Below are positions 47,099 to 56,142 of a DNA stretch of 64,000 bases, piece by piece. Under the pieces are notes generated by a model. The model saw nothing but the letters and a program-made list of their open reading frames with translations, was not told the origin of the DNA and searched no databases. A program made the position numbers and the translations under genes. Every line of letters begins with the position of its first letter. Position 1 is the first letter of the stretch. Source of the stretch: Escherichia phage vB_Eco_slurp01. The stretch lies in sequence record LT603033; one strand, 5' to 3'.

Positions 47099-47365
47099 AT
47101 GAATATTAAGTATTTTGCGACGCGTGAACAAGCTCGGATCGCCGCACGCCAGGACGGGGCAACGTTTAAAGATATGGGCGTACAATCGGAACGTGGTAAA
47201 CGTTGGGCCATTGTAAAGCGTAGTACCGCCAGATCATTACAGTACTGGTTAGCGGCCTTAAAAAGACCCGATAGTGTATCGCGACGAGTGGTAGAAATAA
47301 AGCTCGACCGAAAGGGCAACCGCGTGACCGTGTACCGTACTAAAAAGATTGCAGTACTTGAATAA
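47099..47365 (+). CDS. hypothetical protein (paralog of 58556..58951)
   Basis: Shares FYATRE.AR..AR.DGA.FKDMG...RW and RKGNRVTVY motifs with 58556 ORF. Confidence 0.65.
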   Translation: MNIKYFATREQARIAARQDGATFKDMGVQSERGKRWAIVKRSTARSLQYWLAALKRPDSVSRRVVEIKLDRKGNRVTVYRTKKIAVLE

Positions 47366-47372
47366 AAAGTAC

Positions 47373-47400
47373 TTGCAAACTATGTTTAAAGGCGTATAAT
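47373..47400 (+). promoter_or_regulatory. sigma70-like early promoter
   Basis: TTGCAA + 16 bp + TATAAT; hairpin GCGGGAA-CTC-TTCCCGC downstream. Confidence 0.6.
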
Positions 47401-47452
47401 GTTTTACATCGAGAGCGGGAACTCTTCCCGCCTATAACCTGGAGTAATAAAA

Positions 47453-47683
47453 ATGACTAATATGTATATGACTGAAGTTAAAACCGTAAAAGATACTACC
47501 ACGAATAAAACTACTTACTTACAGCGGATCTGTGGTGTATGGCAACGTATCAGCAAATCAAAGTACTTTAAATTAACATCATATGCAAACCGTTCGGATT
47601 CATTCAGTACTGAAATAAAAGGTAATAAAGTACACCAATACGGCACTTATTATTATTATAGCCTGGACGCGATTGCAGTATAA
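47453..47683 (+). CDS. hypothetical protein
   Basis: RBS GGAG; 76 aa. Confidence 0.6.
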   Translation: MTNMYMTEVKTVKDTTTNKTTYLQRICGVWQRISKSKYFKLTSYANRSDSFSTEIKGNKVHQYGTYYYYSLDAIAV

Positions 47684-47930
47684 GCAGTTTACAAATCTTT
47701 ACAATTGCCGGTATTGACTTATTTTGTCAGTACTGGCATAATGTATTCATTGGCAGATAAGCCGTAGCCCATAGGGTGCGGGAGTGTATCTATAGAAAAA
47801 GTAGTTTATTACAGTTACAATTGTGCACCCGGTGGGTTAGCTGTTGTCATGGGGTATATTATGCCAGTACTGGATAGTGCTGTCAATACCTTTTTACTAT
47901 TCAGTACTGAAAACTATTTTTAAAAAGTAC

Positions 47931-47958
47931 TTGCAAACTATGTTTAAAGGCGTATAAT
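47931..47958 (+). promoter_or_regulatory. sigma70-like promoter driving conserved leader element
   Basis: TTGCAA + 16 bp + TATAAT preceded by AT-rich AAAACTATTTTTAAAAAGTAC. Confidence 0.55.
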
Positions 47959-47966
47959 GTTTTACA

Positions 47967-48046
47967 TCAGGACGGGGAACGAAATAAGTAACTCCCCATT
48001 AAGTAGCCCAGGAGTAAGGCACACGAAAAACTCCCCTGATAAAATA
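47967..48046 (+). ncRNA. conserved roughly 80-nt structured element (candidate small RNA/leader), copy 1
   Basis: Near-identical copy at 57363..57440, diverged copy at about 50276..50345; sits between two tandem promoters; internal complementarity. Confidence 0.35.
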
Positions 48047-48048
48047 GT

Positions 48049-48076
48049 TTGAAAATTGTTTTTAAAAGCGTATAAT
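48049..48076 (+). promoter_or_regulatory. second tandem promoter
   Basis: TTGAAA + 16 bp + TATAAT. Confidence 0.5.
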
Positions 48077-48108
48077 ACTTACATCAACTACTGAATGAGG
48101 GTTACAAA

Positions 48109-48720
48109 ATGAAAACTATCACTACTACTACTTTCGTTATGGATTTTTCTGAATTGAACGCAGAACAAAAAACGTCAGCTATCGAACTGGTTCGGGAACG
48201 TGAAAAAAACTCAAACGACAATTATTTTTCTGAAAGTGAAATTGAATACTATAAAGAAACAGTACTACCGGAATATGGCATTAATGACGCTGAAATACAA
48301 TTCAGTGGTTTTTGGTCCCAGGGTGACGGTGCATCAATCAGTACTGACCACGTTGACGCAGTGAAGTTTTTACGCAAGGTAAGAGCATTAACTAAGTATC
48401 GCTCAATCCGTCACCTGCTGAATGAAGATGATTTGGCGATGAGTGTAAAGCGTTCTCACTCTCACTACTCGCATGAGAACACTGTAAGCGGGTACATTGA
48501 ATCGGCTTACACTGATTTAACCGCAAAACAAGAAACGTTAGTTAATGAGCTTGAGGAACTACTCACTGAAACTATTCGTGAATTGTCACGCAAGTTGTAC
48601 CGTGATTTAGAGAATGCATATGAGGATCAATTCACTACTGAAAACATCGTAGCACTGATTGAGGGTAACGAGTATCAATTCAATGTTATTGATGGCGTAG
48701 TAGAATCAATCGAATATTAA
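48109..48720 (+). CDS. hypothetical protein (203 aa)
   Basis: RBS GAGGG; long clean ORF. Confidence 0.65.
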   Translation: MKTITTTTFVMDFSELNAEQKTSAIELVREREKNSNDNYFSESEIEYYKETVLPEYGINDAEIQFSGFWSQGDGASISTDHVDAVKFLRKVRALTKYRSIRHLLNEDDLAMSVKRSHSHYSHENTVSGYIESAYTDLTAKQETLVNELEELLTETIRELSRKLYRDLENAYEDQFTTENIVALIEGNEYQFNVIDGVVESIEY

Positions 48721-48732
48721 TTCAAAAAGTAC

Positions 48733-48760
48733 TGGACACTAAGCAATAAAGGCGTATAAT
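48733..48760 (+). promoter_or_regulatory. sigma70-like promoter
   Basis: TGGACA + 16 bp + TATAAT; hairpin GCGGGAA-TAG-TTCCCGC. Confidence 0.5.
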
Positions 48761-48812
48761 ACTTTATATCGAGAGCGGGAATAGTTCCCGCTACTAATGA
48801 GGAATACTACAA

Positions 48813-48977
48813 ATGAATACTTTTACCTTCGCTCAATTGAACGCCCTGGATGTATTGTCTGATGCTTTGCGGGATGCAACTGAAAGCGGTTTATTTGACA
48901 ATGTTGACATTCACCCTGATGTAATTAATAATTTTTGTGATGCTATCGCAGAAGTACTGGAAGATCTAAAAAAATAA
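48813..48977 (+). CDS. small acidic protein (54 aa)
   Basis: RBS GAGGAA; complete promoter-hairpin-RBS module upstream. Confidence 0.5.
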   Translation: MNTFTFAQLNALDVLSDALRDATESGLFDNVDIHPDVINNFCDAIAEVLEDLKK

Positions 48978-48987
48978 TAGAAAGTAC

Positions 48988-49015
48988 TTGCAATTAGTTT
49001 TTAGTACTGTATAAT
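48988..49015 (+). promoter_or_regulatory. sigma70-like promoter
   Basis: TTGCAA + 16 bp (TAGTACTG) + TATAAT; hairpin GGGGAGAA-ATGG-TTCTCCC. Confidence 0.6.
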
Positions 49016-49065
49016 AGTTTACATAGAGGGGAGAAATGGTTCTCCCTGGTAATGAGGAAAATAAA

Positions 49066-49287
49066 ATGGCTAATATCACTACTCTTTCTCAACTGGAAGC
49101 ACTGGTTAAATCTATGCGGGAACATGCAGACAATATCGGCGTAAAAGATCCAGCCGTTTGCTTCTGCGACGAAATGAATGATGATACACTGGTAATAGCA
49201 GAAGTACAAGATATTTCTAACTATTCATCGCGTTACACTGGCGGCGTAGCAAATAAAGGTGACTTCTGTTTATACCTTACCAAATAA
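49066..49287 (+). CDS. hypothetical protein
   Basis: RBS GAGGAA; 73 aa. Confidence 0.6.
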   Translation: MANITTLSQLEALVKSMREHADNIGVKDPAVCFCDEMNDDTLVIAEVQDISNYSSRYTGGVANKGDFCLYLTK

Positions 49288-49291
49288 CAAC

Positions 49292-49322
49292 GCGGGGAGA
49301 TAATAACTCCCCGTTACTTTTT
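49292..49322 (+). terminator. intrinsic terminator
   Basis: CGGGGAG-ATAATAAC-TCCCCG followed by TTACTTTTT. Confidence 0.6.
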
Positions 49323-49529
49323 CAGTACTGAATCATTTAATAGACGGATCTCGGCACCCTGTGGGTTAGTGACTGTATCGTCTTTATGTAGTAATTATGC
49401 CAGTACTGGATGCACTTGTCAACAACTATTTTTCAAATACTTTTTATTAAAATACTTGCTAATAGTTTTTAAACGCGTATAATGTTTTGCATAGGGGAGC
49501 GGTTCCCCTGGTAACTAAGGAATAAGAAA

Positions 49530-49766
49530 ATGCTTGAACAAATCAAATCAACGTCTGCTAATGTAACGGGAACGGTATCACACTTTATTGGTGATGAATC
49601 GCGGGGCGTTCCCTATTGTGCTGTACATGTAAACACTGAGGGTAACTACTGGTTTACGGTTTACGGATCATATTCATTTGGACGGCCAGGGCATCAAAAA
49701 ATTCTGGATAAAGTACAACCAACGGGTAAAAATATCACTGCCGAAATGTTTTATAAAAAATCATAA
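49530..49766 (+). CDS. hypothetical protein
   Basis: RBS AAGGAA; 78 aa. Confidence 0.6.
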   Translation: MLEQIKSTSANVTGTVSHFIGDESRGVPYCAVHVNTEGNYWFTVYGSYSFGRPGHQKILDKVQPTGKNITAEMFYKKS

Positions 49767-49850
49767 AGTACTTGATAATAGTTTTTAGTACTGTACAATA
49801 TTTTACATCGCACGGGGGAGCGGTTCCCCCTGGTAACTAAGGATAATCAA

Positions 49851-50150
49851 ATGAAAATTGCAATCATCGCCCTGGCTTTATCTGTTTCCTCTTTCGCTGT
49901 TAACGCGTCGTTAGATGTACCTAGTGAAAAATTCATTCAGTGTACTGTTGCGATGACAGATGAAAGTACTGGCGAGATTGTTTTAAAGGATTTAGAGATC
50001 CAGTCAGAAGCATTTAAAAGCGGCCCGTTCCATGAAGAAGACGAAAAAGGTAGCACGACAATTTATTACGATGTAAGTACTAAGCGTGGATCGGTCACGG
50101 TTATGGATACTGAGAAAGTAACGCACACCGGAGTAATTAACTGTTTATAA
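49851..50150 (+). CDS. secreted protein (signal peptide)
   Basis: RBS AAGGA; MKIAIIALALSVSSFAVNAS signal. Confidence 0.65.
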   Translation: MKIAIIALALSVSSFAVNASLDVPSEKFIQCTVAMTDESTGEIVLKDLEIQSEAFKSGPFHEEDEKGSTTIYYDVSTKRGSVTVMDTEKVTHTGVINCL

Positions 50151-50167
50151 TATAGTACTGAATCACT

Positions 50168-50195
50168 AGCCCACCTTAAACAGTGGGCTTTTTTG
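50168..50195 (+). terminator. intrinsic terminator
   Basis: AGCCCAC-CTTAAACA-GTGGGCT + TTTTTG. Confidence 0.7.
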
Positions 50196-50275
50196 TTTTG
50201 TAGTACTGCATACTTTAAAAATAGTTTTAAAAAAGTAGTTGACATTACCACAAAAAGGCGTAGAATGTATTACAT

Positions 50276-50345
50276 CAAGACGGGGAGCACTAAGTAGACC
50301 GCCAGTAAGTCGAACGAAAAACTGGACACGTCGATAAAACTTTGA
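50276..50345 (+). ncRNA. conserved structured element (diverged copy 3)
   Basis: AAGACGGGGAGC...CGAACGAAAAACTGG...GATAAAAC shares skeleton with 47967 and 57363 copies. Confidence 0.25.
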
Positions 50346-50389
50346 TACACTAATAAACGTAAACTAAACTTTAATTGAGGATTTATAAA

Positions 50390-50872
50390 ATGGCTAATGT
50401 AAAATCATTCCTGAAAGCACTGATTTCAAACGATACTGTTATTGCTGCTGAATTGCTGGCTGAACTGGATAACGATACAATGAAAGCGGTACGCAACAAT
50501 TTTAACATTGCGTACAGTGAAGCTAAAGAACTGCAAGCCAAAAAGGTAGCAGAACTGGAAGAACAGAAAAAAGCCCGTGAAGCAGAACTACAAGCAACAA
50601 TTGAAAGTATTCAGGCGGCAGTGTCTGGATTGGATCTGGAAGTGGTTGTAGAAATGGCACATAAAGCCCTGGCGGTTAAGTACGGTGAAGATAAGCCGGA
50701 ATCTAAACCTAAAAAATGGATTCAAGAACGTGTTACTGTAGTACTTGATAACGGTGAAGAACATTTGATTCCTGTACGCGGTAACTGCATTGCGGTAGTA
50801 CTGGACGCTATCAAAGAAAGCGGTATGACTCGCGAGGAATGGATCGAAGCTCATCGCAAAGTTGAAGCATAA
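50390..50872 (+). CDS. hypothetical protein (coiled-coil-rich)
   Basis: RBS GAGGA; E/K/A-rich heptad-like central region. Confidence 0.6.
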   Translation: MANVKSFLKALISNDTVIAAELLAELDNDTMKAVRNNFNIAYSEAKELQAKKVAELEEQKKAREAELQATIESIQAAVSGLDLEVVVEMAHKALAVKYGEDKPESKPKKWIQERVTVVLDNGEEHLIPVRGNCIAVVLDAIKESGMTREEWIEAHRKVEA

Positions 50873-50893
50873 CAATTAAAGTACTGAATCAAT

Positions 50894-50920
50894 AGCCCAC
50901 CTTAAACAGTGGGCTTTTTT
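50894..50920 (+). terminator. intrinsic terminator (second copy of 50168 element)
   Basis: AGCCCACCTTAAACAGTGGGCT + TTTTTTG. Confidence 0.7.
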
Positions 50921-51156
50921 GTGTCTATAGTATTCCAGTCCACTAGCACCGCCTAGAATCGATTCTAACGCATTAAACTGATTATCTGATACATCGCCCT
51001 AGCTGGTGGCGTTAAGGTCGTTAGAAAGCGATTGAGAGTGTTTAAAGTATTTTGCAAAAAGTAATAAAAAGTACTTGCATGATTAAGAGATTAGCGTATA
51101 ATGTTTTACATCGAAAGGGGAAACGGTTCTCCTTCCAAATCAAAGGAATCAAAACA

Positions 51157-51384
51157 ATGGCTATTATCATTACTCGCGTATCTGGTACTACTGGCAATTC
51201 TTCTACTGTTGCAGTCATTACTAACAAGGCAGGTGCGGAATTGCAAAATGCAATGAATACCTGGGCCGTTAATGAGTTCGGTCAGTGGGCAAGTGTAGCA
51301 TACATTGAAACCTATCAAGTGCCGACCATTAGTTTAACGGATCTTGGTGTGGAACGTATCCTTTGCTTGGATGAATTAAATTAA
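51157..51384 (+). CDS. hypothetical protein
   Basis: RBS AAGGAA; 75 aa. Confidence 0.6.
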   Translation: MAIIITRVSGTTGNSSTVAVITNKAGAELQNAMNTWAVNEFGQWASVAYIETYQVPTISLTDLGVERILCLDELN

Positions 51385-51469
51385 AAAAGTACTTGCAAAG
51401 TAAATCGAATAAAGTATAATACATTACATCAAGGGGAGAAATGATTCTCCCCACTACAAGGAAACTAAT

Positions 51470-51613
51470 ATGAAAACTTGTCAATGTGGTAAAAAATCTA
51501 TTACTGGTTTAAAGCGGGGCGTTGCTCTTTGCCAGTACCATTATAATTTACAAGTATGGGGTAAAGAATGGGCCGACCAGGTGGAAGCAATTAAGAAAGC
51601 AAAAAGTAAGTAA
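51470..51613 (+). CDS. small Cys-containing protein (47 aa), possible zinc ribbon
   Basis: RBS AAGGAA; CQCG...CQYH motif. Confidence 0.45.
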   Translation: MKTCQCGKKSITGLKRGVALCQYHYNLQVWGKEWADQVEAIKKAKSK

Positions 51614-51702
51614 AAATATTATCACAGTACTATTGACATAGTTTGATAGTACTGGCATAATAGATTTTATCAAGACAACATATTAATTTAAGGAATACTA
51701 AA

Positions 51703-52026
51703 ATGGCTAAAACTATCATTAACACCGTTTCCCTGGCTGCAATCCGTGCAATCAATGTTGACGGTAAACGTTGGACTGATTCATATGGCAATACTTATCA
51801 TTCTTGTCATGTAAGCGTCGAACTGGATAACGGTTTGAATGTTCTGGCGGTTGAATCATTTACTTATGGCTATGAAGATGCATATCAACAAACGGCGTTA
51901 GATCTATTAAAGGAATCAGTAGACGGGCTTAATACTGATGAAACCTCCCTTACTCGTTTGTGCAATGATCTTAATATCCCGTTGCATTGTACTGTACAGA
52001 ATGTTAAACGCAAAAAAGATCTTTAA
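51703..52026 (+). CDS. hypothetical protein (paralog of 58137..58460)
   Basis: Shared motif (K/N)RWTDS(Y/H)GNTYHSC(H/Y)VS...FTYGY...VKRKKD. Confidence 0.65.
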   Translation: MAKTIINTVSLAAIRAINVDGKRWTDSYGNTYHSCHVSVELDNGLNVLAVESFTYGYEDAYQQTALDLLKESVDGLNTDETSLTRLCNDLNIPLHCTVQNVKRKKDL

Positions 52027-52106
52027 TTAGCTTTACTTTATGCAGATACTTTGATATAGTGTCTGCATAGGGGAAAGAAATTAAATTAACTTAAGAGGAT
52101 CGTATA

Positions 52107-52376
52107 ATGAAAAATATCAGTACTTTAATCGATGCAGGTACACATGTTCGGCGGTCTATGGTTGCAACCAGTACTACAAAACAAGTAGCAAGCGGTTATC
52201 TTGTATTTGTGCACGATGGTAAACTCCTGGAACGTTCAATCAATTTTGATGTTAAAAACAATTGCCGTTTTATTATCTTTAAGCGTGAACAATATAAAAT
52301 TGATTTGCCAGCGAAGCCCATTAGCGGGGCGTACAACGTGCAATCATTGTTTGAGCGTCAACCATACACCTATTGA
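52107..52376 (+). CDS. hypothetical protein
   Basis: RBS AAGAGGA; 89 aa. Confidence 0.6.
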   Translation: MKNISTLIDAGTHVRRSMVATSTTKQVASGYLVFVHDGKLLERSINFDVKNNCRFIIFKREQYKIDLPAKPISGAYNVQSLFERQPYTY

Positions 52377-52427
52377 TCAAATCATCGTTAGTGGTCGATT
52401 TAGGCCGCTTATATTGGGGATTATACC

Positions 52428-52700
52428 ATGAACGTTAATCAAGTACTAAATGAAGTTGAAAGCATCATTAAACCAATGAAACGTATTGATGCAATGCTAA
52501 CACCGGAAGAATGCCGCCTTTATGAGCGTTACAGCGTCGAACAAGTCCAGGCGATGGCTATGGCTACCCCTGCCGTTAAACAGCCTGAGAATGCGTTACA
52601 GGACGTTACAGGGGATTATATCATTAATCCAGTACTAGGGAAGATTACACCAATCACCGAAGAAGAAAAAGACTACTTAAGCCAGTACTTAAAAGGTTAA
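52428..52700 (+). CDS. hypothetical protein
   Basis: 90 aa. Confidence 0.55.
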   Translation: MNVNQVLNEVESIIKPMKRIDAMLTPEECRLYERYSVEQVQAMAMATPAVKQPENALQDVTGDYIINPVLGKITPITEEEKDYLSQYLKG

Positions 52701-52705
52701 TTAAT

Positions 52706-52915
52706 ATGCTTACTGTACAGGATAAGATCGACATCTTAAAGGTTAATATGTATGTGATTGATGCAGATCCTGAAAAAGTATTTGCATACGATGATTCTAA
52801 TCGTAGTCCTTTTTATTGTAGTCATGTAGTTGGATACGTGCCGTTAGCGTATGTTATCGAAAGAGTGGTTGATTCAGCATACAAACATTTTTTAGAAAAT
52901 AATACTTGCAATTAG
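52706..52915 (+). CDS. hypothetical protein
   Basis: RBS AAAAGG; 69 aa. Confidence 0.55.
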   Translation: MLTVQDKIDILKVNMYVIDADPEKVFAYDDSNRSPFYCSHVVGYVPLAYVIERVVDSAYKHFLENNTCN

Positions 52916-52984
52916 TTTTTAGTACTGTATAATAGTTTACATGAAGTGGAGAAATAGTTCTCCCCACTAATTAAGGAATATGAA

Positions 52985-53131
52985 ATGAAAGCATCAAAAA
53001 AGAGTACTAATAAGAAAGCACGTTCAACTTTAGATGGGGTATTCCCTTTGCGTTTTGTGGATGAAGTGGTTTCCTACCCGCTGGGGCTTACTCCTGAGAT
53101 GGTAGAAAGTTTACGTAAATCTAAAAAATAA
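52985..53131 (+). CDS. small basic protein (48 aa)
   Basis: Promoter, hairpin and RBS AAGGAA upstream. Confidence 0.45.
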   Translation: MKASKKSTNKKARSTLDGVFPLRFVDEVVSYPLGLTPEMVESLRKSKK

Positions 53132-53212
53132 TACTTGCAATTAGTTTTTAGTACTGTATAATAGTTTACATGAAGGGGAGAAATGATTCTCCCCAAGAAC
53201 AGGAGAAATAAA

Positions 53213-53365
53213 ATGAAACAATATAATGCTCGGTTTGATGTTACTATCGGTAACGGTAAAGGTCAATTTTCTTTCAGTACTCGACGCAGTTATACAGAAA
53301 ACTTCCTGCGTAATTGTGCACTGACCGCCGCTCAAATTAAACATTATTTTCAGGCTAAAAAATGA
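53213..53365 (+). CDS. small protein (50 aa)
   Basis: RBS AGGAGAA. Confidence 0.5.
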   Translation: MKQYNARFDVTIGNGKGQFSFSTRRSYTENFLRNCALTAAQIKHYFQAKK

Positions 53366-53451
53366 AATCATTAGCTTATTACAGTTCGGCCCTGGTCGTT
53401 GCATTGATCGCGGCGTTGTTAGTAACCTATCTATTCTTTATGGTGATTTAA
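53362..53451 (+). CDS. tiny membrane peptide (29 aa)
   Basis: ATGA overlap; single hydrophobic helix. Confidence 0.3.
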   Translation: MKSLAYYSSALVVALIAALLVTYLFFMVI

Positions 53452-53589
53452 ATGAATCCTAACGGTATAATTTACAGTACTCCTAAAACGAAAGCAGACA
53501 AGGTAAACGCTAAAAAAGCGAAAGTAAAGGAGTACATCAAGCAAGGCATGACGCGAAAGGCGGCGATTCTAAAAGCTAAAAATAAATGA
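53452..53589 (+). CDS. small basic protein (45 aa)
   Basis: TAAATG junction; followed directly by hairpin/promoter element. Confidence 0.35.
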   Translation: MNPNGIIYSTPKTKADKVNAKKAKVKEYIKQGMTRKAAILKAKNK

Positions 53590-53596
53590 AAAAAGT

Positions 53597-53628
53597 GGTT
53601 GACTTCGGTCAGCCATTTTGCTATTATA
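53597..53628 (+). promoter_or_regulatory. stem-loop/promoter hybrid (PeSL-like)
   Basis: TGGTTGACTTCGGTCAGCCA + TTTTG + TATTAT. Confidence 0.55.
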
Positions 53629-53800
53629 TATTCATTGAGAGATAGCTCACTAGCCCACAGGGTGCAGGAGTGTATCTATTGTATAATGTTTGAGTACTGA
53701 AAACTATTTTTAAAAAAGTACTTGAAAACTATCTCAATTGGCGTATAATGTTTTACATCGCAAGGGGAAACGGTTTCCCCTGGTAATAAGGAAACGAATC

Positions 53801-54142
53801 ATGACTATCTCAATTGCTCAATCTAACTTTGAAAATGAAATCATCGCCCAGGTACTGCGTTTAAATGATGGTCGGGCCGAAATTAATTACGGTTTCAATT
53901 CAGGCGGTTGTGAAAACTATCAGTACTTTGTAACGGCTGATGGCGGTGTCCTGGGCATCAATACAGTTATTGTAAACATCCAAAAAATTAATTTCAATGA
54001 TCCAGACGATAGCCAGTTTTACATCACTGGCGTAGACGTGAACTATGAGGATGACTCACTAACTGATGATTACACTGGTGAGCGGTTAGAAAGTGCTTAT
54101 GGTGAAGATGATTATCAGTCAGTACCGGAAGATTTCGAATAA
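53801..54142 (+). CDS. hypothetical protein
   Basis: RBS AAGGAA; 113 aa. Confidence 0.6.
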   Translation: MTISIAQSNFENEIIAQVLRLNDGRAEINYGFNSGGCENYQYFVTADGGVLGINTVIVNIQKINFNDPDDSQFYITGVDVNYEDDSLTDDYTGERLESAYGEDDYQSVPEDFE

Positions 54143-54234
54143 TATAAAAAATAGTTTGACAATAGATTATAGTACTGTATAATAGTTTACATCAAGGGGA
54201 GAATAGTTCTCCCCACTAACAGAGAAAAAACAAA

Positions 54235-54447
54235 ATGGCTAATATCCGCACTGTACTGAAAAATGCAAAACAAGTTTTATTTTCTGATCATGATACTTTC
54301 AACAAGGATATTACTGGCGTTCGGAATATCAAAGATGTAAAAAGTGTTATGGGTATCTATTGCAATATGAAACGTGTTGGAACGTTCGGCGACAAAGTAC
54401 TATACCAGGCAGGGGATTACAATTTTACACTGACTATCATTAACTAA
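54235..54447 (+). CDS. hypothetical protein
   Basis: Promoter + GGGGAGAA-TAG-TTCTCCCC hairpin upstream; 70 aa. Confidence 0.55.
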   Translation: MANIRTVLKNAKQVLFSDHDTFNKDITGVRNIKDVKSVMGIYCNMKRVGTFGDKVLYQAGDYNFTLTIIN

Positions 54448-54530
54448 AAATATTATCACAGTACTATTGACATAGTTTGATAGTACTGACATAATAAGTT
54501 TTATCAACTACACTACTAAGGAATTAAAAA

Positions 54531-54710
54531 ATGGCTATCATCGCAAAAACTGAAATCATCGGCCTGGATTCTATCATCATGACGTTTGAAGATCAAAAAG
54601 GTATGTATGTGGTTTCCTATGGTGATTATGTTCGGGAGTATGAAACGGTAGACGAAGCCTTTGAAAGTTACATTCGCCAGGTGAATAAAGCATACGACGA
54701 CTACCGCTAA
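54531..54710 (+). CDS. small protein (59 aa)
   Basis: RBS AAGGAA; promoter TTGACA...CATAAT upstream. Confidence 0.5.
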   Translation: MAIIAKTEIIGLDSIIMTFEDQKGMYVVSYGDYVREYETVDEAFESYIRQVNKAYDDYR

Positions 54711-54809
54711 AATATATTACCAGTACTATTAAAGATATTGACAACGTTTGATAGTACTGTATAATAAGTTTTATCAACAGTAGTTAACTTAACCTAAGAG
54801 AGAAACAAA

Positions 54810-54953
54810 ATGATCGCACTGGATTCATTCATCGACGCAGTACTGGCAAAAACTGGCGAGGATCTGACCGCAGAACAATACGCAATGATCGAGCAATGCC
54901 AGCAAGACGGTAAATCGGTGAAAGATACTGTTAAGATTATCCGCAAGATGTAA
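54810..54953 (+). CDS. small protein (47 aa)
   Basis: RBS AAGAGAGA; followed by terminator hairpin. Confidence 0.45.
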   Translation: MIALDSFIDAVLAKTGEDLTAEQYAMIEQCQQDGKSVKDTVKIIRKM

Positions 54954-54959
54954 GATTAT

Positions 54960-54990
54960 AGCCCACTGGTTAACGCTGGTGGGCTTTAAT
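54960..54990 (+). terminator. intrinsic terminator-like hairpin
   Basis: AGCCCAC-TGGTTAACGC-TGGTGGGCT + TTAATT. Confidence 0.5.
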
Positions 54991-55058
54991 TCATTACCCT
55001 ATACAATGCCAGTACTAAACCGTTTATCTCCTTAGAATGCGTTACAGGACGTTTGACA

Positions 55059-55256
55059 ATGATTAGCATGAAATCAGTACAAAAACAAATAGAAACATTA
55101 TCAAAAATTAAACGTAAACAGTACTCGTTAGAATATACAATCAATGGTAACTATCATCTAATGAAAGAGAATAATTTCATTGTCATTGATGAATCATTGC
55201 AAATCATTAGTATAGTACTGAAAGCATTAATCAATGACAGAAAAAAATTAAAATAA
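55059..55256 (+). CDS. hypothetical protein
   Basis: ATG at 55059/55068; weak RBS; about 65 aa. Confidence 0.45.
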   Translation: MISMKSVQKQIETLSKIKRKQYSLEYTINGNYHLMKENNFIVIDESLQIISIVLKALINDRKKLK

Positions 55257-55587
55257 TATATTGACAATATCCTCCAGTACTGGCATAATACTTACATCAA
55301 GACGAGAACGTCACTAACCCATAGGGTGCACAAATGTAACTGTATAATATTGATCAAAAAATGATCTGATCAATACTTGATCAATTTGCGTAAAGTAGTA
55401 TAATTCTATGCAGTTGGTTAGACGAAAGGTTATGATTAGTAGTGCAAGTGTATAAAAATTTTCATGGTGTATCGTTTCGCACATATGGGGATGAATATGT
55501 GGTATCATGTGGATTGGAAAAAGTAAGAACAAGTAATATTATTGTCGCATTACAGTACTATAGTATTTTTATAATGAGGTTAAAATA
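55257..55587. promoter_or_regulatory. 330-bp non-coding control region with tandem promoters and TTGATCAA/GATC cluster
   Basis: TTGACA...CATAAT; conserved AACCCATAGGGTGCA motif; TATAAT then TTGATCAA x3 (4 GATC in about 35 bp). Confidence 0.5.
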
Positions 55588-55845
55588 ATGGCTGTAGGAT
55601 TCGCGAAAGATGGGGCCGAACAAGACGAGATTAACGCAGTGATTCAGGCCGCCGTTAACCACGCTAGAAAGCAAATTAACGCACAAATAGAATCACTGAT
55701 ACATTGCCTCGACTGCGGCGATATAATCCCTGAGAAACGACGCCAGGCCGTTAAGGGGTGTAAGTACTGCATAACTTGCCAGGAGGATCATGATAGTACT
55801 TTTAAACGTCCCCCGCGTAATTGTTGGCATAGATCTATGAGATAA
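55588..55845 (+). CDS. DksA/TraR-family C4 zinc-finger protein
   Basis: C-x2-C-G-x-x-I-P-E-x-R-R...C-x2-C pattern (CLDCGDIIPEKRRQAVKGCKYCITC); RBS GAGG. Confidence 0.6.
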   Translation: MAVGFAKDGAEQDEINAVIQAAVNHARKQINAQIESLIHCLDCGDIIPEKRRQAVKGCKYCITCQEDHDSTFKRPPRNCWHRSMR

Positions 55846-55920
55846 AAAGTATTGACAGTACTATCCAGTAGTGTTATAGTACTTACATCAAGGGGAAACA
55901 TCTTCCCCTACTAAGAGGAA

Positions 55921-56115
55921 ATGAAAATGGAAAACTTATCAAGTATTTTAGTACAAGATGATTTCGGTAATCCTGGAAGTGCTATCATTGTTCGGGGTAA
56001 TAAAGCAACATTTGTTATTGCTGGTGGACCTGTACAGCGTAGCATTAAAAATAATGCTGTTACCATTAATAATGTACGCTATCGCTTAGATAAAGAATTG
56101 ATTCATAAACTGTAA
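55921..56115 (+). CDS. hypothetical protein
   Basis: RBS AAGAGGAA; 64 aa. Confidence 0.6.
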   Translation: MKMENLSSILVQDDFGNPGSAIIVRGNKATFVIAGGPVQRSIKNNAVTINNVRYRLDKELIHKL

Positions 56116-56142
56116 TATTAATTTAATAGAGGATAACAATAA

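Noticed and set aside
55314-55532. 72-aa minus-strand ORF in the 55.26-55.59 kb non-coding region
   Set aside because: No RBS, His/Ile-rich low-complexity product, opposite orientation to every neighbouring gene; region better explained as promoters and operator.
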